This document shows, in pieces, positions 20,246 through 32,000 of a DNA stretch of 32,000 nucleotides. Positions within the stretch are counted from its first letter, which is position 1. Each line of letters opens with the position of its first letter. Under the pieces are notes generated by a model that was not told the origin of the DNA, did not search any database, and saw nothing but the letters and a program-made list of their open reading frames with translations. Origin of the DNA: Escherichia coli (GTDB lineage Bacteria; Pseudomonadota; Gammaproteobacteria; Enterobacterales; Enterobacteriaceae); assembly GCF_002952095.1 (NCBI RefSeq), contig NZ_CP021726.1; one strand, given 5' to 3'. The position numbers were made by a program, and so were the translations under genes.

Positions 20246-20320
20246 AAAAAACCCCGCCGGAGCGAGGTTTCGTCAGCCGCCTGCGGCTGGTAACCGCAAA
20301 GCACACTGTATTATGTCAAC
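20246..20320 (-). ncRNA. istR: IstR-1 antisense sRNA (antitoxin of tisAB)
   Basis: Minus strand GTTGACATAATACAGTGTGCTTTGCGGTTACCAGCCGCAGGCGGCTGACGAAACCTCGCTCCGGCGGGGTTTTTT; terminator and expected length match IstR-1 as recalled. The longer IstR-2 would start near the LexA box. Confidence 0.9.
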
Positions 20321-20428
20321 ACTGAAAGTATACCTGTTCCGCGCAGAACGCGCAATTTCGGCACGAATTTTGACGTATTTAGTACATAGTTGAGTATCGA
20401 TCACAGTTTGCGTTTTGTCTAAATATTA

Positions 20429-20448
20429 CTGTTTATTTATACAGTAAA
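20429..20448. promoter_or_regulatory. LexA (SOS) box between istR and tisAB
   Basis: TACTGTTTATTTATACAGTA, matching CTG-N10-CAG with AT-rich flanks. Confidence 0.9.
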
Positions 20449-20680
20449 CTTCTATAATATCACTGTACGCAATGTGTTATGCGGGGGCCGCATCGTTACC
20501 CGGCGCACTAAGTCCTGGCTGAAACGGGTGGTGCCGTCAGCGCCTTAACCCCGCGTGAGCACACTGTGTTATGTCAACAAGCACAACGTTTCTCCTTGAG
20601 ATACCGCGTGCACAACAGCTGGCAACAGGCAGCGGAAAGGTACGTCAGCTGGCAGTGCTCCTGAACCACAGGAGACGCGT

Positions 20681-20770
20681 ATGAGCCTGGTGGATATCGC
20701 CATTCTTATCCTCAAACTCATTGTTGCAGCACTGCAACTACTTGATGCTGTTCTGAAATACCTGAAGTAA
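20681..20770 (+). CDS. tisB: TisB, SOS-induced small membrane toxin
   Basis: 29-aa reading frame MSLVDIAILILKLIVAALQLLDAVLKYLK*, preceded by AGGAG; too short for the ORF track. Confidence 0.95.
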   Translation: MSLVDIAILILKLIVAALQLLDAVLKYLK

Positions 20771-20790
20771 TTCAGATTCAAGTCGCACCA

Positions 20791-20819
20791 AAGGGGAGCG
20801 GGTAACCGCTCCCCTTTTA
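20791..20819 (+). terminator. tisAB Rho-independent terminator
   Basis: AAGGGGAGCGG-gtaa-CCGCTCCCCTT followed by TT. Confidence 0.85.
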
Positions 20820-21101
20820 TATTTAGCGTGCGGGTTGGAGTTGGGGGCTTCTTCTACCAGCAGAATGTTTGCACCTGCGCTGCCTGTGCCCCTCACCCTT
20901 TCAGGGAGAGGGTTACAGTTCGCACGTAATCCCTTCCGGCAACATTTATTGCCGCTTTTGTTTACATATTCTGCCGTTTTGCTTTTCGCCATTCCCGGCA
21001 CATATCTGGCTAACCTTCATCAATGTGATAGATTCCTCTCCCGCATTTATGGGAATGCGTAGTGACTTATTCTAATTATTTTTATAAAAGCATCCGTGAT
21101 A

Positions 21102-22286
21102 ATGAAAAGGCATAGAAACGTCAATTTGTTATTGATGTTGGTATTACTCGTGGCCGTCGGTCAGATGGCGCAAACCATTTATATTCCAGCTATTGCCGAT
21201 ATGGCGCGCGATCTCAACGTCCGTGAAGGGGCGGTGCAGAGCGTAATGGGCGCTTATCTGCTGACTTACGGTGTCTCGCAGCTGTTTTATGGCCCGATAT
21301 CCGACCGCGTGGGTCGCCGACCAGTGATCCTCGTCGGAATGTCCATTTTTATGCTGGCAACGCTGGTCGCGGTCACGACCTCCAGTTTGACGGTATTGAT
21401 TGCCGCCAGCGCGATGCAGGGGATGGGCACCGGCGTTGGCGGCGTAATGGCGCGTACTTTGCCGCGTGATTTATATGAACGGACACAGTTGCGCCATGCT
21501 AACAGCCTGTTAAACATGGGGATTCTTGTTAGTCCGTTGCTCGCACCGCTAATCGGCGGTCTGCTGGATACGATGTGGAACTGGCGCGCCTGTTATCTCT
21601 TTTTGTTGGTTCTTTGTGCTGGTGTGACCTTCAGTATGGCCCGCTGGATGCCGGAAACGCGTCCGGTCGATGCACCGCGCACGCGCCTGCTTACCAGTTA
21701 TAAAACGCTTTTCGGTAACGGCGGTTTTAACTGTTATTTGCTGATGCTGATTGGCGGTCTGGCCGGGATTGCCGCCTTTGAAGCCTGCTCCGGCGTGCTG
21801 ATAGGCGCGGTGTTAGGGCTGAGCAGTATGACGGTCAGTATTTTGTTTATTCTGCCGATTCCGGCGGCATTTTTTGGGGCATGGTTTGCCGGGCGTCCTA
21901 ATAAACGCTTCTCAACGTTGATGTGGCAGTCGGTTATCTGCTGCCTGCTGGCTGGCTTGCTGATGTGGATCCCCGACTGGTTTGGCGTGATGAATGTCTG
22001 GACGCTGCTTGTTCCCGCCGCGCTGTTCTTTTTCGGTGCCGGGATGCTGTTTCCGCTGGCGACCAGCGGCGCGATGGAGCCGTTCCCCTTCCTGGCGGGC
22101 ACGGCTGGCGCGCTGGTCGGCGGTCTGCAAAACATTGGTTCCGGCGTGCTGGCGTCGCTCTCAGCGATGTTGCCGCAAACCGGTCAGGGCAGCCTGGGGT
22201 TGTTGATGACCTTAATGGGATTGTTGATCGTGCTGTGCTGGCTACCGCTGGCAACGCGGATGTCGCATCAGGGGCAGCCCGTTTAA
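21102..22286 (+). CDS. emrD: Multidrug efflux MFS transporter EmrD
   Basis: 394 aa from MKRHRNVNLLLMLVLLVAVGQMAQTIYIPAIADMARDLNVREGAVQSVMGAYLL...; MFS motifs including YGPISDRVGRRPVI. Confidence 0.97.
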   Translation: MKRHRNVNLLLMLVLLVAVGQMAQTIYIPAIADMARDLNVREGAVQSVMGAYLLTYGVSQLFYGPISDRVGRRPVILVGMSIFMLATLVAVTTSSLTVLIAASAMQGMGTGVGGVMARTLPRDLYERTQLRHANSLLNMGILVSPLLAPLIGGLLDTMWNWRACYLFLLVLCAGVTFSMARWMPETRPVDAPRTRLLTSYKTLFGNGGFNCYLLMLIGGLAGIAAFEACSGVLIGAVLGLSSMTVSILFILPIPAAFFGAWFAGRPNKRFSTLMWQSVICCLLAGLLMWIPDWFGVMNVWTLLVPAALFFFGAGMLFPLATSGAMEPFPFLAGTAGALVGGLQNIGSGVLASLSAMLPQTGQGSLGLLMTLMGLLIVLCWLPLATRMSHQGQPV

Positions 22287-22293
22287 GCGCACA

Positions 22294-22791
22294 TCACCGC
22301 AGCATCGTCATCAGCTCCATGGGAGAACGATGCTGCTTTATCAGATCACGCATCACCCGCATATGCGGTGCGGAGTAAGAATAAAACGCCTGATAGCCCG
22401 CACATAGCATGCTGTCTGGCGTCTCCTCCCGAGCGTGCGGACACAGCCGATGCCAGTCGCACGCCTGGCAGTCACGGCGCGATTGCGGGTTTTCGCTGCC
22501 ACACCATTTTTGTAAAGTGGAGTCAAAAAGCTCAATCGAGATACGACTGATATCTGCCCGCACCCAACACTCGAACAGGGCAATTAAAAATTTCCCCCAC
22601 AGCTCTGCTGTCACCGAAGCGGCCGTCATATCGCCCCGGTCATCAAATTCAAGATGGGGAATAAGCTGTACGGAGCGGATGCCCCGCTGTTTGAAATTGT
22701 GATAAAAATCGGCAGGTTGCAGAGTATCCTTATACTCTACAACCAGTTTATGCCTGTCCTCTTCAGCATCAATAACCTGACTTCCTGTCAT
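22294..22791 (-). CDS. yidF: YidF; resembles the C-terminal/SPASM portion of anaerobic sulfatase-maturating enzymes without the radical SAM core
   Basis: 165 aa; ...GIRSVQLIPHLEF...VTAELWGKFLIALFECWVRADISRISIELFDSTLQKWCG...CQACDWHRLCPH; no CxxxCxxC motif. Confidence 0.85.
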   Translation of the reverse strand: MTGSQVIDAEEDRHKLVVEYKDTLQPADFYHNFKQRGIRSVQLIPHLEFDDRGDMTAASVTAELWGKFLIALFECWVRADISRISIELFDSTLQKWCGSENPQSRRDCQACDWHRLCPHAREETPDSMLCAGYQAFYSYSAPHMRVMRDLIKQHRSPMELMTMLR

Positions 22792-23150
22792 GCGACTCTC
22801 TCAATAAATACGATAAGTTGATGTATATGCGTTACAGCAAACAGTATTGCGAGAGATAACACCGCGAGGGAGATCAAAAATTTGTCACGGACTACGTGAA
22901 ATTGGGAAAAATCGCTATTCGTGACATCCATTAAATTGCGATTACGAGTGTAGTGCCAGAGGATCAGCGCCACGATGGCGAGGATGCCAATCGAAATCCA
23001 GAATAACATGCCCGCCTGGTGCCAGTTGTGTTTGATAGCCAACGCCATCAACGCGCCGTAGCCCAGCATGGTACGAAACCACGCCAATGATGTACGCTCC
23101 GGCTGCAGCCCTGGGTCGGCAATGCGTCTGGCTTTGCGGCTATCCGGCAT
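22788..23150 (-). CDS. yidG: YidG, DUF202-type inner-membrane protein
   Basis: 120 aa, RTSLAWFRTMLGYGALMALAIKHNWHQ and three predicted TM helices; overlaps yidF and yidH. Confidence 0.92.
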   Translation of the reverse strand: MPDSRKARRIADPGLQPERTSLAWFRTMLGYGALMALAIKHNWHQAGMLFWISIGILAIVALILWHYTRNRNLMDVTNSDFSQFHVVRDKFLISLAVLSLAILFAVTHIHQLIVFIERVA

Positions 23151-23487
23151 ACAACACCAGTCCCATAACGATCACTGCTACGACCATCAATATTAAGCTG
23201 ATGATTAATAAGCTGTTGGTGTAGGGCAGGTCCTCTTTCAGACGCATCGCTTTTTCATTGCGTAACCAGCGCAGGTAGCCATACATCGCTAACCCGCCGG
23301 AAAACAGACACAACAACAACGCCAGCAGTTCGCGAATGACGGGCGTGGCGAAATCTGGCGCAAGTTGATCAAGCCCAACCCCCGCCGCCAGAAATCCTAG
23401 TGCAGTACGGATCCACGCCAGAAAAGTACGCTCATTAGCCAGCGAGAAGCGGTAATCAGGCGCTTCTCCGAGGCGGGAAATTTTCAT
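23140..23487 (-). CDS. yidH: YidH, DUF202-type inner-membrane protein
   Basis: 115 aa, MKISRLGEAPDYRFSLANERTFLAWIRTALGFLAAGVGLDQL... Confidence 0.93.
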   Translation of the reverse strand: MKISRLGEAPDYRFSLANERTFLAWIRTALGFLAAGVGLDQLAPDFATPVIRELLALLLCLFSGGLAMYGYLRWLRNEKAMRLKEDLPYTNSLLIISLILMVVAVIVMGLVLYAG

Positions 23488-23595
23488 TGTTGCTCCTTTG
23501 CAATTTCACTAACGCTCTACCTTTAGCGGTTTTTTTTAAGAATTTCGTCCGCCCGTTTCCTGATATGCTTTTGCCATCCGCTACAAGGAGGTCAG

Positions 23596-24045
23596 ATGGG
23601 TATCATAGCGCAAAATAAAATCAGTTCATTGGGCATGCTATTCGGTGCCATCGCTTTAATGATGGGGATTATCCACTTTTCATTCGGCCCTTTTTCCGCA
23701 CCACCGCCAACGCTTGAAAGCATCGTGGCGGACAAAACGGCTGAAATTAAAAGAGGTCTTCTCGCCGGAATAAAAGGCGAAAAAATTACCACCGTGGAGA
23801 GAAAAGAAGACGTGGATGTCGATAAAATCCTCGATCAAAGCGGTATCGCACTGGCCATTGCTGCGCTACTTTGCGCATTTATTGGCGGTATGCGTAAGGA
23901 AAATCGCTGGGGCATTCGCGGCGCGCTGGTTTTTGGCGGCGGGACGCTGGCTTTCCATACCTTGCTTTTTGGTATCGGCATCGTGTGCAGCATTTTGCTG
24001 ATATTCCTTATCTTTTCCTTCCTGACCGGCGGTTCACTGGTTTAA
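23596..24045 (+). CDS. yidI: YidI, inner-membrane protein of unknown function
   Basis: 149 aa with four hydrophobic segments; AAGGAGG just before the ATG. Confidence 0.92.
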   Translation: MGIIAQNKISSLGMLFGAIALMMGIIHFSFGPFSAPPPTLESIVADKTAEIKRGLLAGIKGEKITTVERKEDVDVDKILDQSGIALAIAALLCAFIGGMRKENRWGIRGALVFGGGTLAFHTLLFGIGIVCSILLIFLIFSFLTGGSLV

Positions 24046-24054
24046 GCAGCCTGA

Positions 24055-24089
24055 ATAATGCCCGCCGGGTGATCATCAGCGGGCATTAT
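24055..24089. terminator. Bidirectional terminator-like hairpin between convergent yidI and yidJ
   Basis: ATAATGCCCGC-N13-GCGGGCATTAT, perfect 11-bp arms in a 46-bp convergent gap. Confidence 0.6.
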
Positions 24090-24091
24090 CG

Positions 24092-25585
24092 TCAGAACTT
24101 CTGTTTTTTCTCTTCCACCTTCACCCCTTGTGTCGGTAGGCCGGTGTCATAGTCGCGTACCACTGGCGAATAGCCATCTTGTGGGCGTGGACGAAACGCC
24201 CCCATCCAGCGCGGTCGTGCATCTTTACGCCACGGACGCAGACTCCATTGGTAACTGCGGAACGGATCGCGAATTTTATCCATGTAATCCAATAAGGCGT
24301 CATGCATTTTGCTGCGCACGTCGGCAAAACGGATATCATCGATCAGGTTATGCATTTCATTTGGATCATTACGGCGATCGTAAAGTTCATCACTGGTGAA
24401 GAGGTTGAGCACCAGTTTAAAGTCATCCGTCACCCAGCAACGCACCGGAATAAAACCGCCAAAGCTGTCATGCTCAATCTCGTAGCGGTTAAATTCCACC
24501 ATCACGCCGCGTGGCTCTTTCACGGCAAGGATATTTTCCCCCGGCAGAATCTCTGGTTTTTCAATATCTGCCAGCGCCATCATTGTCGGCAGTAAATCGA
24601 TATGACTGACTGGCGTATTGACCTGTCGCCGCTCCCCTTGCGGCGAACGGATGATCAGCGGAATACGGGTGATGTCGTCATACATCGCCGCTCCTTTACT
24701 GATCAGCTTATGTGCGCCCATCATTTCGCCGTGATCGGATGTATAAATAACCCACGTATTTTCACGTTGCTCTGGCGTTAAGGCATTGATGACCCGTCCG
24801 ATTTGGTCATCAACAAAGTCATTACAGGCAAAATAGAGCGGATGGTGATAAAGCCCGTCATCACCGACTGGCGATGGCATCGCCTGCGCCCATAAGCGGT
24901 GATGTTCTGGTTTGTTCGCCAGGTCATCCTGTGCTTTCTCGCCCAGCTCGTAGTAAAAATCAGCGTATTTCTCTAAATACTCCACCGGACAGGTGAACGG
25001 GTGATGCGGCTCATCATACGAAACCACCATCAGGAAGGGTTCCTCGGTGCGCGCGGGCTGTTGCAGAAAATCCACCGCTCGATTGCTGATGCGGTGCGCC
25101 CAGGTGAAGGTTTCGTCAATATGGTTCGCCTGTAAATCTTCGACGCTGTTTAGGCCATTGCGCCACAGGCTAATCTCTTTTTCCGTCAGTTCGCTAAGAT
25201 AGTTCGCCCCATCGAACCAGTAATCAGCGTCCCACTCCGGCGGACACTCGCCAGTGCCGAAATAGTCATGACCGTCGAGATGCCATTTGCCGATGTAACA
25301 GGTGTGATAGCCGGCATCCTTAAAGTAGCGCCCCATAGTGGAGATGTTTTTACCCGGCGCGACGTTGTTGGTCCACGGGCCGGACTGGTTAGCGTAGATA
25401 CCGGTAAACAGCCCGGCGCGCGCCGGTGTACAAACCGGTGAACAGGTGTAGGCGGAGTTAAAGCGAATACCTTCCGCCGCCAGACTATCAATATTTTGCG
25501 TATTCAGCGGCTTACCGCTATAGCAACCGACCATATTGGTGGCCTGGGTATCGGTCATGATGAACAGAAAATTGGGGCGTTTCAT
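24092..25585 (-). CDS. yidJ: Cys-type sulfatase YidJ
   Basis: 497 aa alkaline phosphatase superfamily; MTDTQATNMVGCY and the CxPxR formylglycine motif in CSPVCTPARAGLFTG. Confidence 0.95.
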   Translation of the reverse strand: MKRPNFLFIMTDTQATNMVGCYSGKPLNTQNIDSLAAEGIRFNSAYTCSPVCTPARAGLFTGIYANQSGPWTNNVAPGKNISTMGRYFKDAGYHTCYIGKWHLDGHDYFGTGECPPEWDADYWFDGANYLSELTEKEISLWRNGLNSVEDLQANHIDETFTWAHRISNRAVDFLQQPARTEEPFLMVVSYDEPHHPFTCPVEYLEKYADFYYELGEKAQDDLANKPEHHRLWAQAMPSPVGDDGLYHHPLYFACNDFVDDQIGRVINALTPEQRENTWVIYTSDHGEMMGAHKLISKGAAMYDDITRIPLIIRSPQGERRQVNTPVSHIDLLPTMMALADIEKPEILPGENILAVKEPRGVMVEFNRYEIEHDSFGGFIPVRCWVTDDFKLVLNLFTSDELYDRRNDPNEMHNLIDDIRFADVRSKMHDALLDYMDKIRDPFRSYQWSLRPWRKDARPRWMGAFRPRPQDGYSPVVRDYDTGLPTQGVKVEEKKQKF

Positions 25586-27297
25586 AGGCTATCCTTTGCG
25601 TCGGGAGTAAAGGTTACGGCTGGGTCGTGACGATGCCGCCAGCTGTCAAAAATCAGGTAGACAATCACTACGGCGGCAATGAAATAACTGATCATCGCTA
25701 ACCAGCGCGTACCGTAGCCGCCGAATTCAGCCAGCCCGGCATAGACGCCAATCATCGCGAACAGGATGCCAATTGACGCGATCTTGACGTTTTTCCACGG
25801 TTTCATGTCCACCGCAAACGCATCTTTGAAGGTGAACGGCGTGGCGCGCGGTTTGATAAAACCGATCACCAGCATCACGACCACGTTGATGCAGAACGTA
25901 CAGGCCAGCACATAGAGGAAATGGAAGTCGAACTTCACCAGATAGTTGATGGTGATGTAGCTGATTATGCCAATCCCCATCGCCACTTTTGCCGCCAGCG
26001 CCGGGATGCGCGGGAAGAAAAAGCCCATAATGATGATGGTAACCAGCGGCACGTTGTAAATGCCGTTGAGCTGTTTCATCCAGCTATACAGCCCCTGCGG
26101 CGCGTTGGCGATCCACGGCGCTACCAGCACCGAAACGATAGCGATAAAGAAACCAAATTTGCGCCCGACGGTGACCAGCTGCTGCGGCTCGGCATTCTGG
26201 TTAATGATGCGACGGTAAATACCCATACTGAATAACGTACTGGCGCTATTCAGAAAGCCGTTGAAGGTACTGATCACCGCACCAAATAACACCGCGCCGA
26301 AGAAACCCACCAGTGGCACTGGCAGAACGTTATTGACCAGCGTCGGGTAGGCCATGTCGGCTTTCGGTAGATCCTGATACAGATGAAACGCAATCAACCC
26401 TGGCAGCACCAGTACCAGCGGGTCGAGCATTTTCAGCACCGCCGTTAACAGCGCCCCCTTTTGCCCTTCCGCCAGGCTTTTTGACGCCAGCGTGCGTTGC
26501 ACGATGCCCTGATTTGTACACCAGTAAAAGGTGTTCACCAGAATTAAACCGGTAAATGCCGCGCCAATCGGCAAGGGATCGGTCGGGCCACCGACTGAGT
26601 TTAATTTCTCGGCGTGAACGGTGGTAATTTGCTCAATGCCCTGCATAAAGCTGCCCTTGCCCATCGCGATCAGGCCAAATACCGGCACCATCAACCCGCC
26701 GATAACCAGCCCAATACCGTTGATGGAGTCCGCCACTGCCATTGCGCGCAGTCCGCCGATCACCGCATACAAAATTCCCGCCAGACCAAGCAAAATTACC
26801 AGTAGCCAGATAGCCGCACCGTGAGAAATCTGTAGCGATTCCCCGACGTGAAACAGGCTGTTGAGCGCCAACGCGCCGGAGTAGAGAACAATCGGCAGAA
26901 AGCAGACGCCGGTGGCAATGAGGAAGCAGAAGTCGATGATAATACGCGTCGTTTTATCATAACGTTCCTCCAGAAAATCGGGGATGGTGGCAATGCCGCG
27001 CTTCAGATAGCGCGGTAAAAAGATTAGCGCGAGGAAGATCAGCGTCACCGCTGAAGTCACTTCCCAGCCCATCACCGACATGCCGCTTTTGTAGGCCTGC
27101 CCGGAAAGACCAACCAGTTGTTCCGTGGAAAGGTTGGTTAACATTAACGAAGCGGCAATAACCGGCGCTTTTAGTGAACGTCCGGCAAGAAAATAGCCTT
27201 GTTGCGATCCGGTATCTGTTTTGCGAACCTTCCACCAGGTGATGATCGCCACCAGCAGCGTAAAACCGACAAAACTCAAGATTTGTAACGAATTCAT
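25582..27297 (-). CDS. yidK: Sodium:solute symporter family transporter YidK
   Basis: 571 aa, SGLT-type; ...SQQGYFLAGRSLKAPVIAASLMLTNLSTEQLVGLSGQAYKSG...; overlaps yidJ by 4 nt. Confidence 0.95.
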   Translation of the reverse strand: MNSLQILSFVGFTLLVAIITWWKVRKTDTGSQQGYFLAGRSLKAPVIAASLMLTNLSTEQLVGLSGQAYKSGMSVMGWEVTSAVTLIFLALIFLPRYLKRGIATIPDFLEERYDKTTRIIIDFCFLIATGVCFLPIVLYSGALALNSLFHVGESLQISHGAAIWLLVILLGLAGILYAVIGGLRAMAVADSINGIGLVIGGLMVPVFGLIAMGKGSFMQGIEQITTVHAEKLNSVGGPTDPLPIGAAFTGLILVNTFYWCTNQGIVQRTLASKSLAEGQKGALLTAVLKMLDPLVLVLPGLIAFHLYQDLPKADMAYPTLVNNVLPVPLVGFFGAVLFGAVISTFNGFLNSASTLFSMGIYRRIINQNAEPQQLVTVGRKFGFFIAIVSVLVAPWIANAPQGLYSWMKQLNGIYNVPLVTIIIMGFFFPRIPALAAKVAMGIGIISYITINYLVKFDFHFLYVLACTFCINVVVMLVIGFIKPRATPFTFKDAFAVDMKPWKNVKIASIGILFAMIGVYAGLAEFGGYGTRWLAMISYFIAAVVIVYLIFDSWRHRHDPAVTFTPDAKDSL

Positions 27298-27463
27298 CTC
27301 ATAGCCCTTATTTATGTTTATGTCCCGGACGCATGAATATAGGGAGAGGTAAAATGCGTCGGGTCAGGCAGTCAGATTCTTAAAATACAAACGTCGTATC
27401 CCTGAACGGATTGTTTTCTGTTAAGTTCAGGTTGTGAGCATAATTCGCCGGAGGGATATTAAA

Positions 27464-31292
<3,829 letters not shown>

Positions 31293-31437
31293 TTCCACAT
31301 CCTCTTTTCTCAATTCTGTAAGTAGGAAGCCTGATTGGTTATGCGGCAGGCCTGGAGCGAGGATAGGAAGATGCGATCGGCAGAACATGACGACCCAATG
31401 GGATTCGTGATCGCTTTCATGCTTTTCGTTGGGCGGT

Positions 31438-31471
31438 AGAGATCTACGTTTTCGCGAAAAAGTAGACCTCT
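31438..31471. promoter_or_regulatory. Long inverted repeat in the glvC-yidP divergent intergenic region
   Basis: AGAGATCTACGTTTTCG/CGAAAAAGTAGACCTCT, 15 of 17 positions paired; candidate GntR/UTRA-regulator operator. Confidence 0.6.
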
Positions 31472-31587
31472 GTGAGCACAGGTACACAGCATCGAACACA
31501 TCTTTAAAAAAAAGATGTTTTTTCAATCGATTAAGCAGAACTTGTGGGCGCATTACCCGGGCTTGCAGGCAAAAAAGAGATCTAGAG

Positions 31588-32000
31588 ATGATCTACAAAA
31601 GCATTGCGGAGCGGTTAAGAATTCGACTTAATTCCGCGGATTTCACGCTAAACAGCCTTCTTCCCGGTGAAAAAAAGCTGGCGGAAGAGTTTGCGGTATC
31701 GCGGATGACCATCCGTAAAGCCATTGACCTGCTGGTAGCGTGGGGGCTGGTGGTCCGCCGCCACGACAGCGGCACTTACCTGGTGCGCAAAGATGTGCTG
31801 CATCAAACCGCCAGCCTGACTGGGCTGGTGGAGGTGTTAAAACGTCAGGGAAAAACGGTCACCAGCCAGGTGCTGATTTTTGAAATCATGCCTGCGCCTC
31901 CGGCCATTGCCAGCCAGTTACGGATTCAAATCAACGAGCAGATCTACTTCTCCCGTCGCGTTCGTTTTGTGGAAGGGAAACCGCTGATGCTGGAAGACAG
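31588..32000 (+). CDS. yidP: GntR-family regulator YidP, N-terminal part (truncated by window edge)
   Basis: Reading from ATG 31588: MIYKSIAERLRIRLNSADFTLNSLLPGEKKLAEEFAVSRMTIRKAIDLLVAWGLVVRRHDSGTYLVRKD..., wHTH then UTRA-like domain; open to the window end. Confidence 0.93.
   Translation, partial: MIYKSIAERLRIRLNSADFTLNSLLPGEKKLAEEFAVSRMTIRKAIDLLVAWGLVVRRHDSGTYLVRKDVLHQTASLTGLVEVLKRQGKTVTSQVLIFEIMPAPPAIASQLRIQINEQIYFSRRVRFVEGKPLMLED

Noticed and set aside
19896-20393. 165-aa plus-strand ORF (MPELAMLQSFFSG...PTTTTTRTTTTAADG...)
   Set aside because: Runs antisense through ivbL, the attenuator and istR; the Thr run is the complement of the Val codons.
25186-26993. Assorted 60-104 aa ORFs antisense to yidJ, yidK and glv genes
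   Set aside because: Shadow ORFs of high-GC coding regions, rich in Arg/Pro/Ser and lacking convincing starts.

Overview
This window is an Escherichia coli chromosomal segment. Families were recognised by reading the protein sequences; no database search was run. Left to right it contains: the 5' end of the adenine permease adeQ/yicO (minus, cut by the window edge); ade; a beta-glucoside/cellobiose-type PTS cassette (LacI-family regulator diverging from IIB, IIC, GH1 phospho-beta-glucosidase, IIA and a LamB/BglH-type porin); a yicN-like gene; uhpT-uhpC-uhpB-uhpA; a low-GC insert with two mutually paralogous proteins of unknown function; ilvN-ilvB-ivbL with the attenuator; istR/tisB with a LexA box; emrD; yidF-yidG-yidH; yidI; yidJ-yidK; yidL; an apparently intact glvG with a fused glvC-glvB; and the start of the GntR-family gene yidP. 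The most interesting signals are (1) the unknown paralogous pair between uhpA and ilvN (about 14.66-17.67 kb), with an 18-bp exact repeat upstream of each gene, (2) the PTS/porin cassette between ade and uhpT with overlapping LacI-type palindromes, (3) YidF reading as an orphan C-terminal (SPASM) half of an anaerobic sulfatase maturase beside a Cys-type sulfatase, and (4) a glv operon that looks intact. Much of the rest is ordinary E. coli core genome.
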